NCBI GenBank assembly: GCA_021323815.1
Contig: JAJPKG010000422.1
Span: 1-33,289, forward strand
Direction of reading: 5' to 3'
Source of the DNA: Pseudomonadota bacterium
GTDB lineage: Bacteria > Chloroflexota > Ktedonobacteria > Ktedonobacterales > JACDGC01
DNA length: 33,289 nt
Shown here: positions 16,196 through 24,059 of the stretch, one piece after another
How the letters are laid out: each line of letters starts with the position of its first letter
How positions within the stretch are numbered: the stretch's first letter is position 1
Notes under the pieces: generated by a model
What the model was told of the DNA's origin: nothing
The model's input: the letters and a program-made list of their open reading frames with translations, nothing else
Database searches by the model: none
Position numbers and translations under genes: made by a program

Positions 16196-17620
16196 ATGAG
16201 TGAGATGCAAGCTGGGGAGCAACGGGCGCGGGTGGTGGTGGTCGGCGGCGGGCTGGCGGGGCTGGCGGCGGCGCGCAAGCTGGTGATGGCGGGCCACGAG
16301 GTCGAACTGCTGGAAGCGCGCGACGTGCTGGGGGGCAAGGTGTCGTCGTGGTGCGACGCTGACGGCGACTGGATCGAGAGCGGGCTGCACGTCTTTTTCG
16401 GCGCGTATGACGAGATCTTCACCCTGATGCGTGACGTCGGGATCTATGACAACATCCTGTGGAAGCAGCACGTGCTGCGCTACACCCTGGCGGGCGGCGA
16501 CCATTTCGATTTCGAGAATTGGCCGCTGCCCAGCCCCATGCACCTGTTGCCCACCGTCTTTCGCAACAAATATTTCTCCTGGCCGGAAAAGCTGACGCTG
16601 GCCCGCGCCCTGCCGCGCATCGTGCTCAGCAGCGACGACTATTACGAGCAGCAAGACGCCTTGACCTATGAGGAATGGCATTTGCAGCAGGGAATCAGCA
16701 AAAAGATGCTGAAAAAGATGTTCCTGCCGATGGCACTGGCGCTGAAATTCGTCCCACCGCCAGAGATCTCGGCGCGGGTGGTGCTGGACGTGGCCGGGAT
16801 CTTCCTGCGCGAGAACGGCGCGTCGCGCATGGGCTTCCTTTCCGGCTCGCCGCAAGACACACTCATCGGTCCCATCGCGGCGGATCTCGCGCGGCGCGGC
16901 GTCACCATTCGCACCGGAGCGAAGGCGCGGGAACTCATCCTTGACGCCGCCGGGCGTGTTGCAGGCGTGCGGCTGGCAAACGGCGACGAAGCGCGGGCAG
17001 ATGCCTTCGTACTGGCGCTGCCGGTGCATCAGCTCAACAAATTGATCCCCGCTGAGTGGAAGCGCGAGCATGCGTATTTCGCTAACCTGGCGCAGTTCGA
17101 GGGCGTGCCGGTCATCACCGCACAACTGTGGTTCGACCAGCAAGTGACGGGCATCGACAACATCCTCTTTTGCCCGGACGGCTGCATCCCTGTCTATGCC
17201 GATCTCGGCAACACCACGCCGGATTATGCCGTCGGCGGCAGGTCGCGCATCGAAGCGGTGGTCGCGCCGGCGAAACACCTCTTTGACTGGGATGATAAAG
17301 CGATCATCGATCAAGTATGGCGCGACATCCAGAGCGTCTTTCCCCGCCGCACCGTCGGCGTGAAGATCACCAAAGCAACCGTTGTGCGCATCCCGCAGTC
17401 GGTCTATTGGCCCAAGCCGGGGCTGAACCGCCTGCGCCCCGGCCAGCACTCGCCCATCCCGAATCTGTACATCGCTGGCGGCTATACGCGCCAGCGGTTT
17501 TATGATAGCATGGAAGGAGCGGTCGCCAGCGGCAACCGCGCCGCCGCTGCCTTGCTGGAAGATGCCCGCACCGAAAAGCTTGCAACTGTCGGGGCAAGTT
17601 TCGCACTGTCGGAAGAATAA
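16196..17620 (+). CDS. PDS/ZDS-type FAD-dependent carotenoid (phytoene / zeta-carotene) desaturase family protein
   Basis: VVVVGGGLAGLAAARKLVMAGHEVELLEARDVLGGKVSSWCDADGDWIESGLHVFFGAYDEIF closely parallels the N-terminus of plant/cyanobacterial PDS (GAGLAGL..LLEARDVLGGK..DGDWYETGLHIFFGAY). ATG 16205 is an alternative start. Confidence 0.8.
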   Translation: MSEMQAGEQRARVVVVGGGLAGLAAARKLVMAGHEVELLEARDVLGGKVSSWCDADGDWIESGLHVFFGAYDEIFTLMRDVGIYDNILWKQHVLRYTLAGGDHFDFENWPLPSPMHLLPTVFRNKYFSWPEKLTLARALPRIVLSSDDYYEQQDALTYEEWHLQQGISKKMLKKMFLPMALALKFVPPPEISARVVLDVAGIFLRENGASRMGFLSGSPQDTLIGPIAADLARRGVTIRTGAKARELILDAAGRVAGVRLANGDEARADAFVLALPVHQLNKLIPAEWKREHAYFANLAQFEGVPVITAQLWFDQQVTGIDNILFCPDGCIPVYADLGNTTPDYAVGGRSRIEAVVAPAKHLFDWDDKAIIDQVWRDIQSVFPRRTVGVKITKATVVRIPQSVYWPKPGLNRLRPGQHSPIPNLYIAGGYTRQRFYDSMEGAVASGNRAAAALLEDARTEKLATVGASFALSEE

Positions 17621-17766
17621 AGTGACGGGAACGCGAAGAGCACGAAGAAAGCGAAGCACCGCGAAGGGATTGAATTGCAACGTGGAACCAAGATCATGAA
17701 ACACTCCTTTGAAAAGGCGATGCCGTATCCCCAACATCTTCGCGTTCTTCTCGTCTCGTCCTTTTG
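17619..17766 (+). repeat. E-family long-hairpin element, copy E2 (full)
   Basis: Left arm AAAGTGACGGGAACGCGAAGAGCACGAAGAAAGCGAAGCACCGCGAAGG, with CGAAG ending at 17638, 17647, 17656 and 17666. Right arm CATCTTCGCGTTCTTCTCGTCTCGTCCTTTTGG. The element begins inside the TAA stop of the desaturase gene. Confidence 0.8.
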
Positions 17767-18250
17767 GCGGCGCGTGCGGTGGTGGCAAGTGCTTGTGGTG
17801 CTGGCGCTGCTGGGGCAATTCCTGGCACCGATCTTTGTCATCCTCCAGATCTGGCCGTTTGGGCCGATCGGGCGGTTCATTTATTGGCTGGGAGCGAGCA
17901 TCTGCCCGATCGCGTGGGACACCCCATCGTTCCTGGGTCGCCCCATGATCGTCTGCCCGCTATGCTATGGCGCATTGGTTGCGCTGGCAACGCTCATGTT
18001 TTCCTATCCGCGCCCGCGCCGCGCCTGGCTGGCGTGGTTCGCGCTGTCTCCCTACCTGCGGCTGGCTGTTGCCGCGCTGCTGATCGCCCCCTGGCTGTGC
18101 GCGTATGTGCTCATCAAAGCCGGCGCGTGGTCGTTGCCCTGGGGGATCATGTTCGCGGATGGGCTGCTGGGCGGCATCGGCACCGCGCTGGTGGGCTATC
18201 AGCTCATGGAATTGTCGCTGCCCCGCGCGGCACGGGGAGAACTGCCATGA
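17696..18250 (+). CDS. DUF2085-like integral membrane protein (start uncertain)
   Basis: ICPIAWDTPSFLGRPMIVCPLCYGALVA resembles the two-Cys-pair core of DUF2085, followed by TM helices. The possible starts ATG 17696 and 17720 lie inside repeat E2; GTG 17774 lies just beyond it. The stop overlaps the next gene's ATG. Confidence 0.5.
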   Translation: MKHSFEKAMPYPQHLRVLLVSSFWRRVRWWQVLVVLALLGQFLAPIFVILQIWPFGPIGRFIYWLGASICPIAWDTPSFLGRPMIVCPLCYGALVALATLMFSYPRPRRAWLAWFALSPYLRLAVAALLIAPWLCAYVLIKAGAWSLPWGIMFADGLLGGIGTALVGYQLMELSLPRAARGELP

Positions 18251-18783
18251 ACACGCATCTCGTCTTGATCGATGGCTATAATGTCATTCGCCGCTCGCCG
18301 CAACTGGCACAGGCAGAGCGTCGCTCGCTGGAACATGGGCGCGCCGCGCTGATCACGTTGCTGGCCGCGCGCTATGGCCGCCGACCCGCCGAGATTGTGG
18401 TCGTCTTTGACGGCGCAGAAGGGCGCGAGGTGCGCACCGCGCAGATGGGCATCGGCATCATCTTCACCGCCGCCACCTGCACGGCGGACGACTGCATTCT
18501 GCGGCTGGCGGCGGAAGCCGAGGCGCAGGGCCGGCCCGTCACCGTCGCCACTGATGACGCGGGCATCCGCGCTGCCCTGGGCAGCCATGCCCCCACGTCG
18601 CAGGCGCGCCCCGTCGCCGCGGTCAACCGCGAGATCTATGCCGCCGACCGCGTGCGCGAGCGGCAATATCGCCATCGCAGCGCCATCAAGCAGATCATGG
18701 CACAAGACGCGGACGCCGAGCCGTTCGATCCGCGCAAGGCCAAACGGGGCAATCCGCGCCGCGCGCCAAAACCAAAGCGGTGA
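18247..18783 (+). CDS. YacP/NYN-domain (PIN-like) predicted RNA-binding/ribonuclease protein
   Basis: MNTHLVLIDGYNVIRRSPQL...IVVVFDG...IIFTAATCTADDCIL...VTVATDD is the YacP-like NYN pattern. ATG 18247 overlaps the upstream stop (ATGA). The 339-aa ORF in the track is a frame-shadow extension. Confidence 0.8.
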   Translation: MNTHLVLIDGYNVIRRSPQLAQAERRSLEHGRAALITLLAARYGRRPAEIVVVFDGAEGREVRTAQMGIGIIFTAATCTADDCILRLAAEAEAQGRPVTVATDDAGIRAALGSHAPTSQARPVAAVNREIYAADRVRERQYRHRSAIKQIMAQDADAEPFDPRKAKRGNPRRAPKPKR

Positions 18784-18838
18784 GAAGCGGCAGGCGATGT
18801 CGCTTGCAAAAACAGGTCGGATACTGCATGCACCGCCT

Positions 18839-18884
18839 GCCGGGGGCTGAAGCCACCCGGCTCGAAAAAGATGCCCTCCGGGCG
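18839..18884 (-). repeat. REP-A double-hairpin element, copy 4 (between convergent genes)
   Basis: GCCGGGGGCTGAAGCCACCCGGCTCGAAAAAGATGCCCTCCGGGCG is the reverse-orientation match to the family pattern. Confidence 0.8.
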
Positions 18885-18935
18885 ATATCCGGCGTTCATG
18901 CGAAAGCACCATAAACCGCTGACGCCTCCGTTTCT

Positions 18936-20165
18936 TCAGTGCAAGGCAACCTGGTCGAAGGTGGCGGTGTTCACCTGGGTCAGCGTGTGTGAGGTCACCG
19001 CCAGACCTGCCAGCACCGCGCCGGGCATCGTCATGGTGCTGGATGAGCCGGGGACGACGGTCCAGGTGACGCCATCATTCGACATGGCAGCGGTGTAGGT
19101 GTTGCCGGAGCGCGACACCTGCACAAAGATGGGTGTGGTTCCAGGCAGGCTGGCGACGGTGCTGACTCCGCCGCCTTGCGTGGCACGGCGCAACACAAAG
19201 ATCCCCCGCTGGGGCGTGACGAGCATGGCATAAAACGGCGCACCGGGATCAGTGCTCTGGCGCAGCATCACCCCAGCGCGGGCACGGCTGTTGGTGTTCG
19301 CTTCCGTCACCACGCGGGCACTGATGCCGCCGTCGCCCGGCAAGGTCTGCCACGCCAAATGGAACTGATCCGCTGTGCCGCCGATGTCGCGGCCTGAGCC
19401 GGCGACCGTCCAGACGCCATTGGCATAGGAATCGCTGCCCGGCAGTGGTGGATTGCCGATATCCGCGCCGTTCCAGCCCGGCGGCGGGGGAATCGGAGCG
19501 TTCACATCCAGCGTTCCCGCCGCCTGCCACTGAATCGATTCGTTGCGTTTGGGCTTGCAATAGCCCACGTCGATGCCGCCGGTATCCAGCACGTGATGGC
19601 TATCCACAATGGTGCTGACCACACCGTTGATGGTCAATTTTACTGTCGGTTGCACCGTCACCGGCGTGCAGTTGTTCGCCGGATAGCCGCTGGTGTCGAA
19701 GTTGTCATATCCCGGATTATTCCCCGGTGGATCTTCGGTGAGGATGACGCTCTGCCCTGCTGGCACGGTGAACGATCCCCACAAGCTAAACACCTTGCCG
19801 CCGGGGATGGCTGAATGCATATCAACGGTCACATTGCTGACGGTGACGGCGCTGGGGCCGGGATTATCCAGCCGGATCGCCCCCGCGTCATAGCACTGCG
19901 GCAGCGCGCCGCATGCCGTTTGCCCCACGACCGGCCCGCCAAGAAATGCCACATTGGGCGCTCCCGCCCAGGGTGAGGGAAAGGTTCCCGGCACCGGCGT
20001 GTTGGTCTCTTTATCTTCGGCATACCCGAAATAGACCGAGAGCGTGGTGCCGCTCAGCGCCGCCGCTCGCGATGGCGCAGCATGATACATCGTCACGACG
20101 CTCAGGGTGCTCGCCAAAAGCACCATTGCCAGCCGGAATCGCCGGAAAAGATGGAACTGTTGCAT
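18936..20165 (-). CDS. Secreted protein with a C-terminal LamG/concanavalin-like domain
   Basis: ATG 20165 (GGAAGG upstream) gives the signal peptide MQQFHLFRRFRLAMVLLASTLSVVTMYHAAPSRAAA. The C-terminal block WNGADIGNPPLPGS..YANGVWTVAGSGRDIGGTADQFHLAWQTLPGDGGISARV...RAGVMLR is the recurrent 'ADIG...W.V.G.G.DI.G..DQF' glycan-binding-like module. Confidence 0.7.
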   Translation of the reverse strand: MQQFHLFRRFRLAMVLLASTLSVVTMYHAAPSRAAALSGTTLSVYFGYAEDKETNTPVPGTFPSPWAGAPNVAFLGGPVVGQTACGALPQCYDAGAIRLDNPGPSAVTVSNVTVDMHSAIPGGKVFSLWGSFTVPAGQSVILTEDPPGNNPGYDNFDTSGYPANNCTPVTVQPTVKLTINGVVSTIVDSHHVLDTGGIDVGYCKPKRNESIQWQAAGTLDVNAPIPPPPGWNGADIGNPPLPGSDSYANGVWTVAGSGRDIGGTADQFHLAWQTLPGDGGISARVVTEANTNSRARAGVMLRQSTDPGAPFYAMLVTPQRGIFVLRRATQGGGVSTVASLPGTTPIFVQVSRSGNTYTAAMSNDGVTWTVVPGSSSTMTMPGAVLAGLAVTSHTLTQVNTATFDQVALH

Positions 20166-20386
20166 AAGATTGCTCGCCTTCCGGGTGAAATAGCCCGGCA
20201 TTCTCGCATGCCGAACCTCTATCCGAGCGGGATGCAACTCGTTCCGTGCGATGCATGCTCGTCGATGGTTTTCATCATACCATATGTTCTTGACACTCAT
20301 CTGCCACGTTCGCATGGAGTAGCCAAACATGATATACTGGATCACAACTGCCCTGTTTGTGAGGAGAGTTGCATAGGAGGCACGTG

Positions 20387-20710
20387 ATGTCCCACCAGAT
20401 GATGATTACCCTAACGGATCAAGAATATGCCGCGCTTCAAGCTGAGGCAGAGCGCTCAGGTCAGCCGCTGGAAGCACTGGTGCATGCTGCGCTTGCCCCC
20501 CTTATGAGGGATGAAGCGCCCACCACTGCGCCTATGACCGAGCGAGAGTTCGCGGAATATCTCTTCCGCAAAGGCGTCACCATGAACGTTGCCACTCACG
20601 AGCCGCTTGATCCTGATGAAGAAGCGGAATTAGAAGCACTAGCCCAGCTGTTTTCTGGAGGCAAACCAGCTTCAGAAATGGTTATTGAGGATCGAGGGCC
20701 GCGCGAGTGA
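20387..20710 (+). CDS. vapB: Type II antitoxin (VapB-like, partner of the PIN toxin)
   Basis: ATG 20387 with TAGGAGG 6 nt upstream. N-terminus MITLTDQEYAALQAEAERSGQPLEALV resembles a ribbon-helix-helix/Phd-type DNA-binding N-terminus. The stop overlaps the toxin start (GTGA). Confidence 0.65.
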   Translation: MSHQMMITLTDQEYAALQAEAERSGQPLEALVHAALAPLMRDEAPTTAPMTEREFAEYLFRKGVTMNVATHEPLDPDEEAELEALAQLFSGGKPASEMVIEDRGPRE

Positions 20711-21171
20711 GCACATTTTTCTTGGATACCTCAGCTCTCATCAAGCATTATGTGGTTGAGCAAGGGCACGCTTGGATGAAATCTCTTTGCGATCGGTCTC
20801 AGGGGCACCAGTTGTTTATTTCACAAGTGGCCTTGATCGAAGTGGTGGCGACGCTTTGCCGTAAAGCGCGAGAACAAAGCATATCTATTAGCCGTCGTGA
20901 TGCGCTCATAGATTTGTTTTCGCGCCATCGTCGCAAATCCTATGAGATGGTGCGCGTCACCAACGCGATTTACCTTGCGGCGGGAAATCTGTGCCGGAAC
21001 CACAAGCTACGGGCCTATGATGCTATCCAGATGGCCTGCGCGCTAGCTGTGCGCGCTGATGCTGTCTCGCGGAATATGCCTGTTCCCATGTTCGTATGTG
21101 CTGATAGCGCTTTGTTGGCGGTTGCTGCGGCTGAAGGAATGCCAACCGATAACCCCAACAACCACCCATAG
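20707..21171 (+). CDS. vapC: PIN-domain toxin, VapC family
   Basis: FFLDTSALIKHYVVE (first acidic PIN motif), LRAYDAIQMACA, and a 4-bp overlap with the upstream small gene. AT-richer island. Confidence 0.85.
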   Translation: MSTFFLDTSALIKHYVVEQGHAWMKSLCDRSQGHQLFISQVALIEVVATLCRKAREQSISISRRDALIDLFSRHRRKSYEMVRVTNAIYLAAGNLCRNHKLRAYDAIQMACALAVRADAVSRNMPVPMFVCADSALLAVAAAEGMPTDNPNNHP

Positions 21172-21188
21172 ATCATCTGTTGCGACTC

Positions 21189-21217
21189 TTGGCAAAGTCA
21201 TTCCCATGTGCTATACT
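21189..21217 (+). promoter_or_regulatory. Sigma70-type promoter of the thrS T-box leader
   Basis: TTGGCA (21189-21194), a 17-nt spacer, then TATACT (21212-21217) with TG at the extended -10 position (TGCTATACT). Confidence 0.55.
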
Positions 21218-21223
21218 GAGCGG

Positions 21224-21498
21224 AAGAAGAACACTATCGTTGAGCGGGACACGTCGCCCACCTCAGCGCGACAGAGACAAGCGGCCATCGGCTGAGAGCC
21301 GCGCGACGCGCATCACGGGCCGGGCGATACCCCCCGCGAGATGGCGCAGCATCGATAATGCGTCACGGTCGCCCCGTTACCGGCAACCAATGAGCGCTCG
21401 CGGGCATCTTGCCGGCGGGCGGAATGTGGGTGGAACCACGCGGCGACCCGTGCAAACCGGTCCTTGCGTCCCAGTGCGGATGCGAGGGCTTTTTTATT
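21224..21498 (+). promoter_or_regulatory. T-box riboswitch leader (tRNA-sensing, presumably tRNA-Thr) of thrS
   Basis: AGAGA bulge motif (21272-21276), distal hairpin GCGGC..GCCGC (21281-21302), F-box CCGTTA (21373-21378), T-box sequence AATGTGGGTGGAACCACGCGG (21422-21443), then an intrinsic terminator. Located upstream of an aminoacyl-tRNA synthetase gene. Confidence 0.75.
21462..21498 (+). terminator. Intrinsic terminator of the T-box leader
   Basis: Stem CCTTGCGTCC (21462-21471) pairs with GGATGCGAGG (21478-21487), including two G-U pairs. 6-nt loop, followed by GCTTTTTTATT. Confidence 0.7.
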
Positions 21499-21501
21499 GG
21501 C

Positions 21502-21650
21502 AAAAAGGGGACGAGACGCGAAGATCACGAAGGTAGCGAAGACCGCGAAGATATAACAAGAAATATCATGAGAGGCATCACAGCTAACAAGCGTTTCAAA
21601 AGAACCTTCGAGTCCTTCTTAACCTTCGCGTCCTTCGTGTCCCGTCCTCA
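21502..21650 (+). repeat. E-family long-hairpin element, copy E3 (full), inside the thrS leader
   Basis: Left arm AAAAAGGGGACGAGACGCGAAGATCACGAAGGTAGCGAAGACCGCGAAG, with CGAAG ending at 21523, 21532, 21541 and 21550 (exactly 9-nt phase). Right arm CCTTCGAGTCCTTCTTAACCTTCGCGTCCTTCGTGTCCCGTCCTC. Confidence 0.8.
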
Positions 21651-21671
21651 ATCAGAAAGGATTGATCAGCT

Positions 21672-23519
21672 ATGCCCGAAGATGTCGCGCAAGAGTTTAG
21701 TTCGTCGGTGAACTATACGCCCATTCAGCGCATGCGCCATTCGGCGGCGCACGTGATGGCCGAGGCCATTCAGGATATGTTCCCGGATGCCAAGTTCGCC
21801 ATCGGTCCGGCCATCGAGGATGGCTTTTACTATGACATGGAGTTGCCGCGCACACTGACGCCGGAAGATTTCCCGGCCATCGAAGCGCGGATGGCGGAAA
21901 GCATCGCCAAGAAGCATCCCTTCGTGCAGTCGCGGTGGCCCCGCGAAAAAGCGCTGGCCTATTTCCGCGAGAAGAACCAGCCCTATAAGGTTGAGATCAT
22001 CGAGAGCCTGCCGGACGCCGAGGTGGGCATCTATCAGCAGGGGCCGTTTCTGGATCTCTGTCGCGGGCCGCACGTGGAAAACACGGGACAGATCGGTCCT
22101 TTCAAGCTGATGCGCGTGGCGGGGGCCTATTGGCGCGGCGATGAGAAGCGCCCTATGCTCCAGCGCCTTTATGGCACGGCGTGGTTCACGCAGGAAGAAC
22201 TGGATACATATCTCTGGCAGCTTGAAGAAGCCAAAAAGCGCGATCACCGCAAGCTGGGCCGCGAACTGGGTTTGTTCACGTTCAGCGAAGATGTGGGACC
22301 CGGCATCCCGCTCTTCTTGCCCAAAGGCGAGATGCTGCGGCATTTGATGGAATCCTATGTGCGCGAGACACAGGAGCGCTATGGCTATCAGCACGTGTGG
22401 ACGGGCAACATCGCCCGTGTGCGGCTCTATAAAACGTCGAAGCACTGGTACCACTATCGCGAGGGCATGTTCCCCAAGATGGAGGAGGAGCGCGACCTGC
22501 GCGAGGGCGAGACGCCGGAAGAAGCCGAGAACAACAGCTTCGAGTTGAAGCCGATGAACTGCCCGTCGCACTTCATCCTCTATAAATCGCAGCGCCACAG
22601 CTATCGTGAGCTGCCCATCCGCTATGCCGAGTTCGCCACGCTCTATCGGTATGAGAAGCAGGGCGAATTGTCGGGCCTGACGCGCGTGCGCGCCCTGACG
22701 CAGGACGATTCGCACATCATCCTGCGTCACGATCAAGTGATGGACGAATTCAGTCGCATCGTGGATCTGGTGCGCGAGATCCTCACGACGTATGGGCTGA
22801 CGGATTACAGCGTGCGCCTGTCGCTGCCGGATCTGTCTGATTCCGAGAAATATCACGGCAACGTGGAGATCTGGGAGCGCGCGGTGGCCGACCTGCGTGC
22901 GGCGCTGGATAGCAAGGGGTTGGCCTATGAGGCAGTGGAAGGCGAAGCGGCCTTTTATGGTCCCAAGATGGACCTGATGGCCCGCGACGCGCTGGGCCGC
23001 GAGTGGCAGCTTTCCACGATTCAACTCGATTTCTTCCAGCCGGAAAATTTCGAGTTGGAATATATCGGCGAGGACGGCCAGGCGCATCGCCCTGCCGTCA
23101 TTCACCGCGCCATCATGGGATCAACGGAGCGCTTCCTGGGCGTGCTGATCGAGCATTACGGTGGCAACTTCCCCCTGTGGCTCGCGCCGGTGCAGGCTGA
23201 GGTCATCCCCATCGCGGATCGCCATCTGCCGTATGCTGGGCACGTGGCTGCACGGCTGCGCGAGGCTGGCTTGCGCGCCGAGGTGGATTCGCGCAGCGAG
23301 CGCATGAACGCCAAAGTGCGCGACGCCCAGATGCAAAAGATCCCCTATATGCTCGTCGTCGGCGACAAAGAGGCGGAATCCGAATCCGTCAGCCTGCGCC
23401 TGCGTACGAACGAAAACATCGGCGCGGTGCCGTTGGAACAGTTCATCGAGCGCGCCAGTGCCCTCAACCGCGCCCGCAGCCAGGATCTGTGGGTGACGGA
23501 AGCGCCGGTGGGGGAATAG
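21672..23519 (+). CDS. thrS: Threonine--tRNA ligase lacking the N-terminal TGS domain
   Basis: MRHSAAHVMAEAIQDMFPDAKFAIGPAIEDGFYYD (editing-domain HxxxH block) begins at residue 21. Class II motifs are present: FELKPMNCPSH, FATLYRYEKQGELSGLTRVRALTQDDSHI, GEAAFYGPKMD and HRAIMGSTERF. An anticodon-binding C-terminus is present. Confidence 0.95.
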   Translation: MPEDVAQEFSSSVNYTPIQRMRHSAAHVMAEAIQDMFPDAKFAIGPAIEDGFYYDMELPRTLTPEDFPAIEARMAESIAKKHPFVQSRWPREKALAYFREKNQPYKVEIIESLPDAEVGIYQQGPFLDLCRGPHVENTGQIGPFKLMRVAGAYWRGDEKRPMLQRLYGTAWFTQEELDTYLWQLEEAKKRDHRKLGRELGLFTFSEDVGPGIPLFLPKGEMLRHLMESYVRETQERYGYQHVWTGNIARVRLYKTSKHWYHYREGMFPKMEEERDLREGETPEEAENNSFELKPMNCPSHFILYKSQRHSYRELPIRYAEFATLYRYEKQGELSGLTRVRALTQDDSHIILRHDQVMDEFSRIVDLVREILTTYGLTDYSVRLSLPDLSDSEKYHGNVEIWERAVADLRAALDSKGLAYEAVEGEAAFYGPKMDLMARDALGREWQLSTIQLDFFQPENFELEYIGEDGQAHRPAVIHRAIMGSTERFLGVLIEHYGGNFPLWLAPVQAEVIPIADRHLPYAGHVAARLREAGLRAEVDSRSERMNAKVRDAQMQKIPYMLVVGDKEAESESVSLRLRTNENIGAVPLEQFIERASALNRARSQDLWVTEAPVGE

Positions 23520-23545
23520 GGAGCAGCTATCTGCTAACGGTTTTG

Positions 23546-23569
23546 TAGGGGCAATGGCATGCCTCGCCC
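23546..23569 (+). repeat. REP-B GTAGGGGC-type unit
   Basis: GTAGGGGCAATGGCATGCCTCGCC differs at one position from the reverse complement of 1763-1786. Confidence 0.7.
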
Positions 23570-23710
23570 GCCGTGCCATAGGTGATGTGGGGTCCAATGG
23601 CAAAGGCAATCGCCCGGCTCACCGTGCCAAACGCGAGATGATCGCCGGGCGAGGCAGCCGGGGGGATAAATGCAGTTGTACACAATAGCGCGGACACCGC
23701 ATGGCATGCA

Positions 23711-23759
23711 CGCCGGGGGCTGAACCCCCCGGCTCGGAAAGACCAACCCCACCGGGCTG
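23711..23759 (-). repeat. REP-A double-hairpin element, copy 5
   Basis: CGCCGGGGGCTGAACCCCCCGGCTCGGAAAGACCAACCCCACCGGGCTG, reverse orientation of the family pattern. Confidence 0.8.
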
Positions 23760-23844
23760 TCCGGGGGACGTGGGAAACATCATCAATCCCCTGCCGGGTG
23801 TGCAGGGCGTTCTCGCCGCCAGCGCATGCGTCCTGCGCGCCCTT

Positions 23845-23900
23845 GTTTTCTTCCTTCCCTGGCTTTCGGTGAATAATTCTGTGTCCTCCGTGTCCCGTCA
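23845..23900 (+). repeat. E-family element, right-arm-only remnant (E5)
   Basis: ...GTGTCCTCCGTGTCCCGTCA matches the right terminus of E3 (GCGTCCTTCGTGTCCCGTCC). No left arm is nearby. Confidence 0.5.
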
Positions 23901-24059
23901 TTCCCCCTATCCCCCATCTTGTCTATGTCACTAGGCAAGAGGACAAGGAATGCGCTACAATACGTTCGTTTTACAAGGCGTTTTCCCGATTCCGGTCTTA
24001 TACAAGAGCGTTCCGGCGCATCAGCCCATGCCAGCAGAAAGAAAAGGGGCGCACATCAG

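Noticed and set aside
17764-18246. N-terminal 161 codons of the 339-aa ORF 17764-18783.
   Set aside because: This part overlaps the DUF2085-like gene in another frame and is Ala/Arg/Gly-rich. The conserved YacP/NYN sequence begins exactly at ATG 18247, which overlaps the upstream stop.
20332-20346. 15-nt identity ATATACTGGATCACA shared between the vapBC upstream region and 32114-32128, a possible common promoter or element end.
   Set aside because: About one exact 15-mer coincidence is expected by chance among all position pairs on both strands in 33 kb, and the similarity does not extend beyond the 15 nt.
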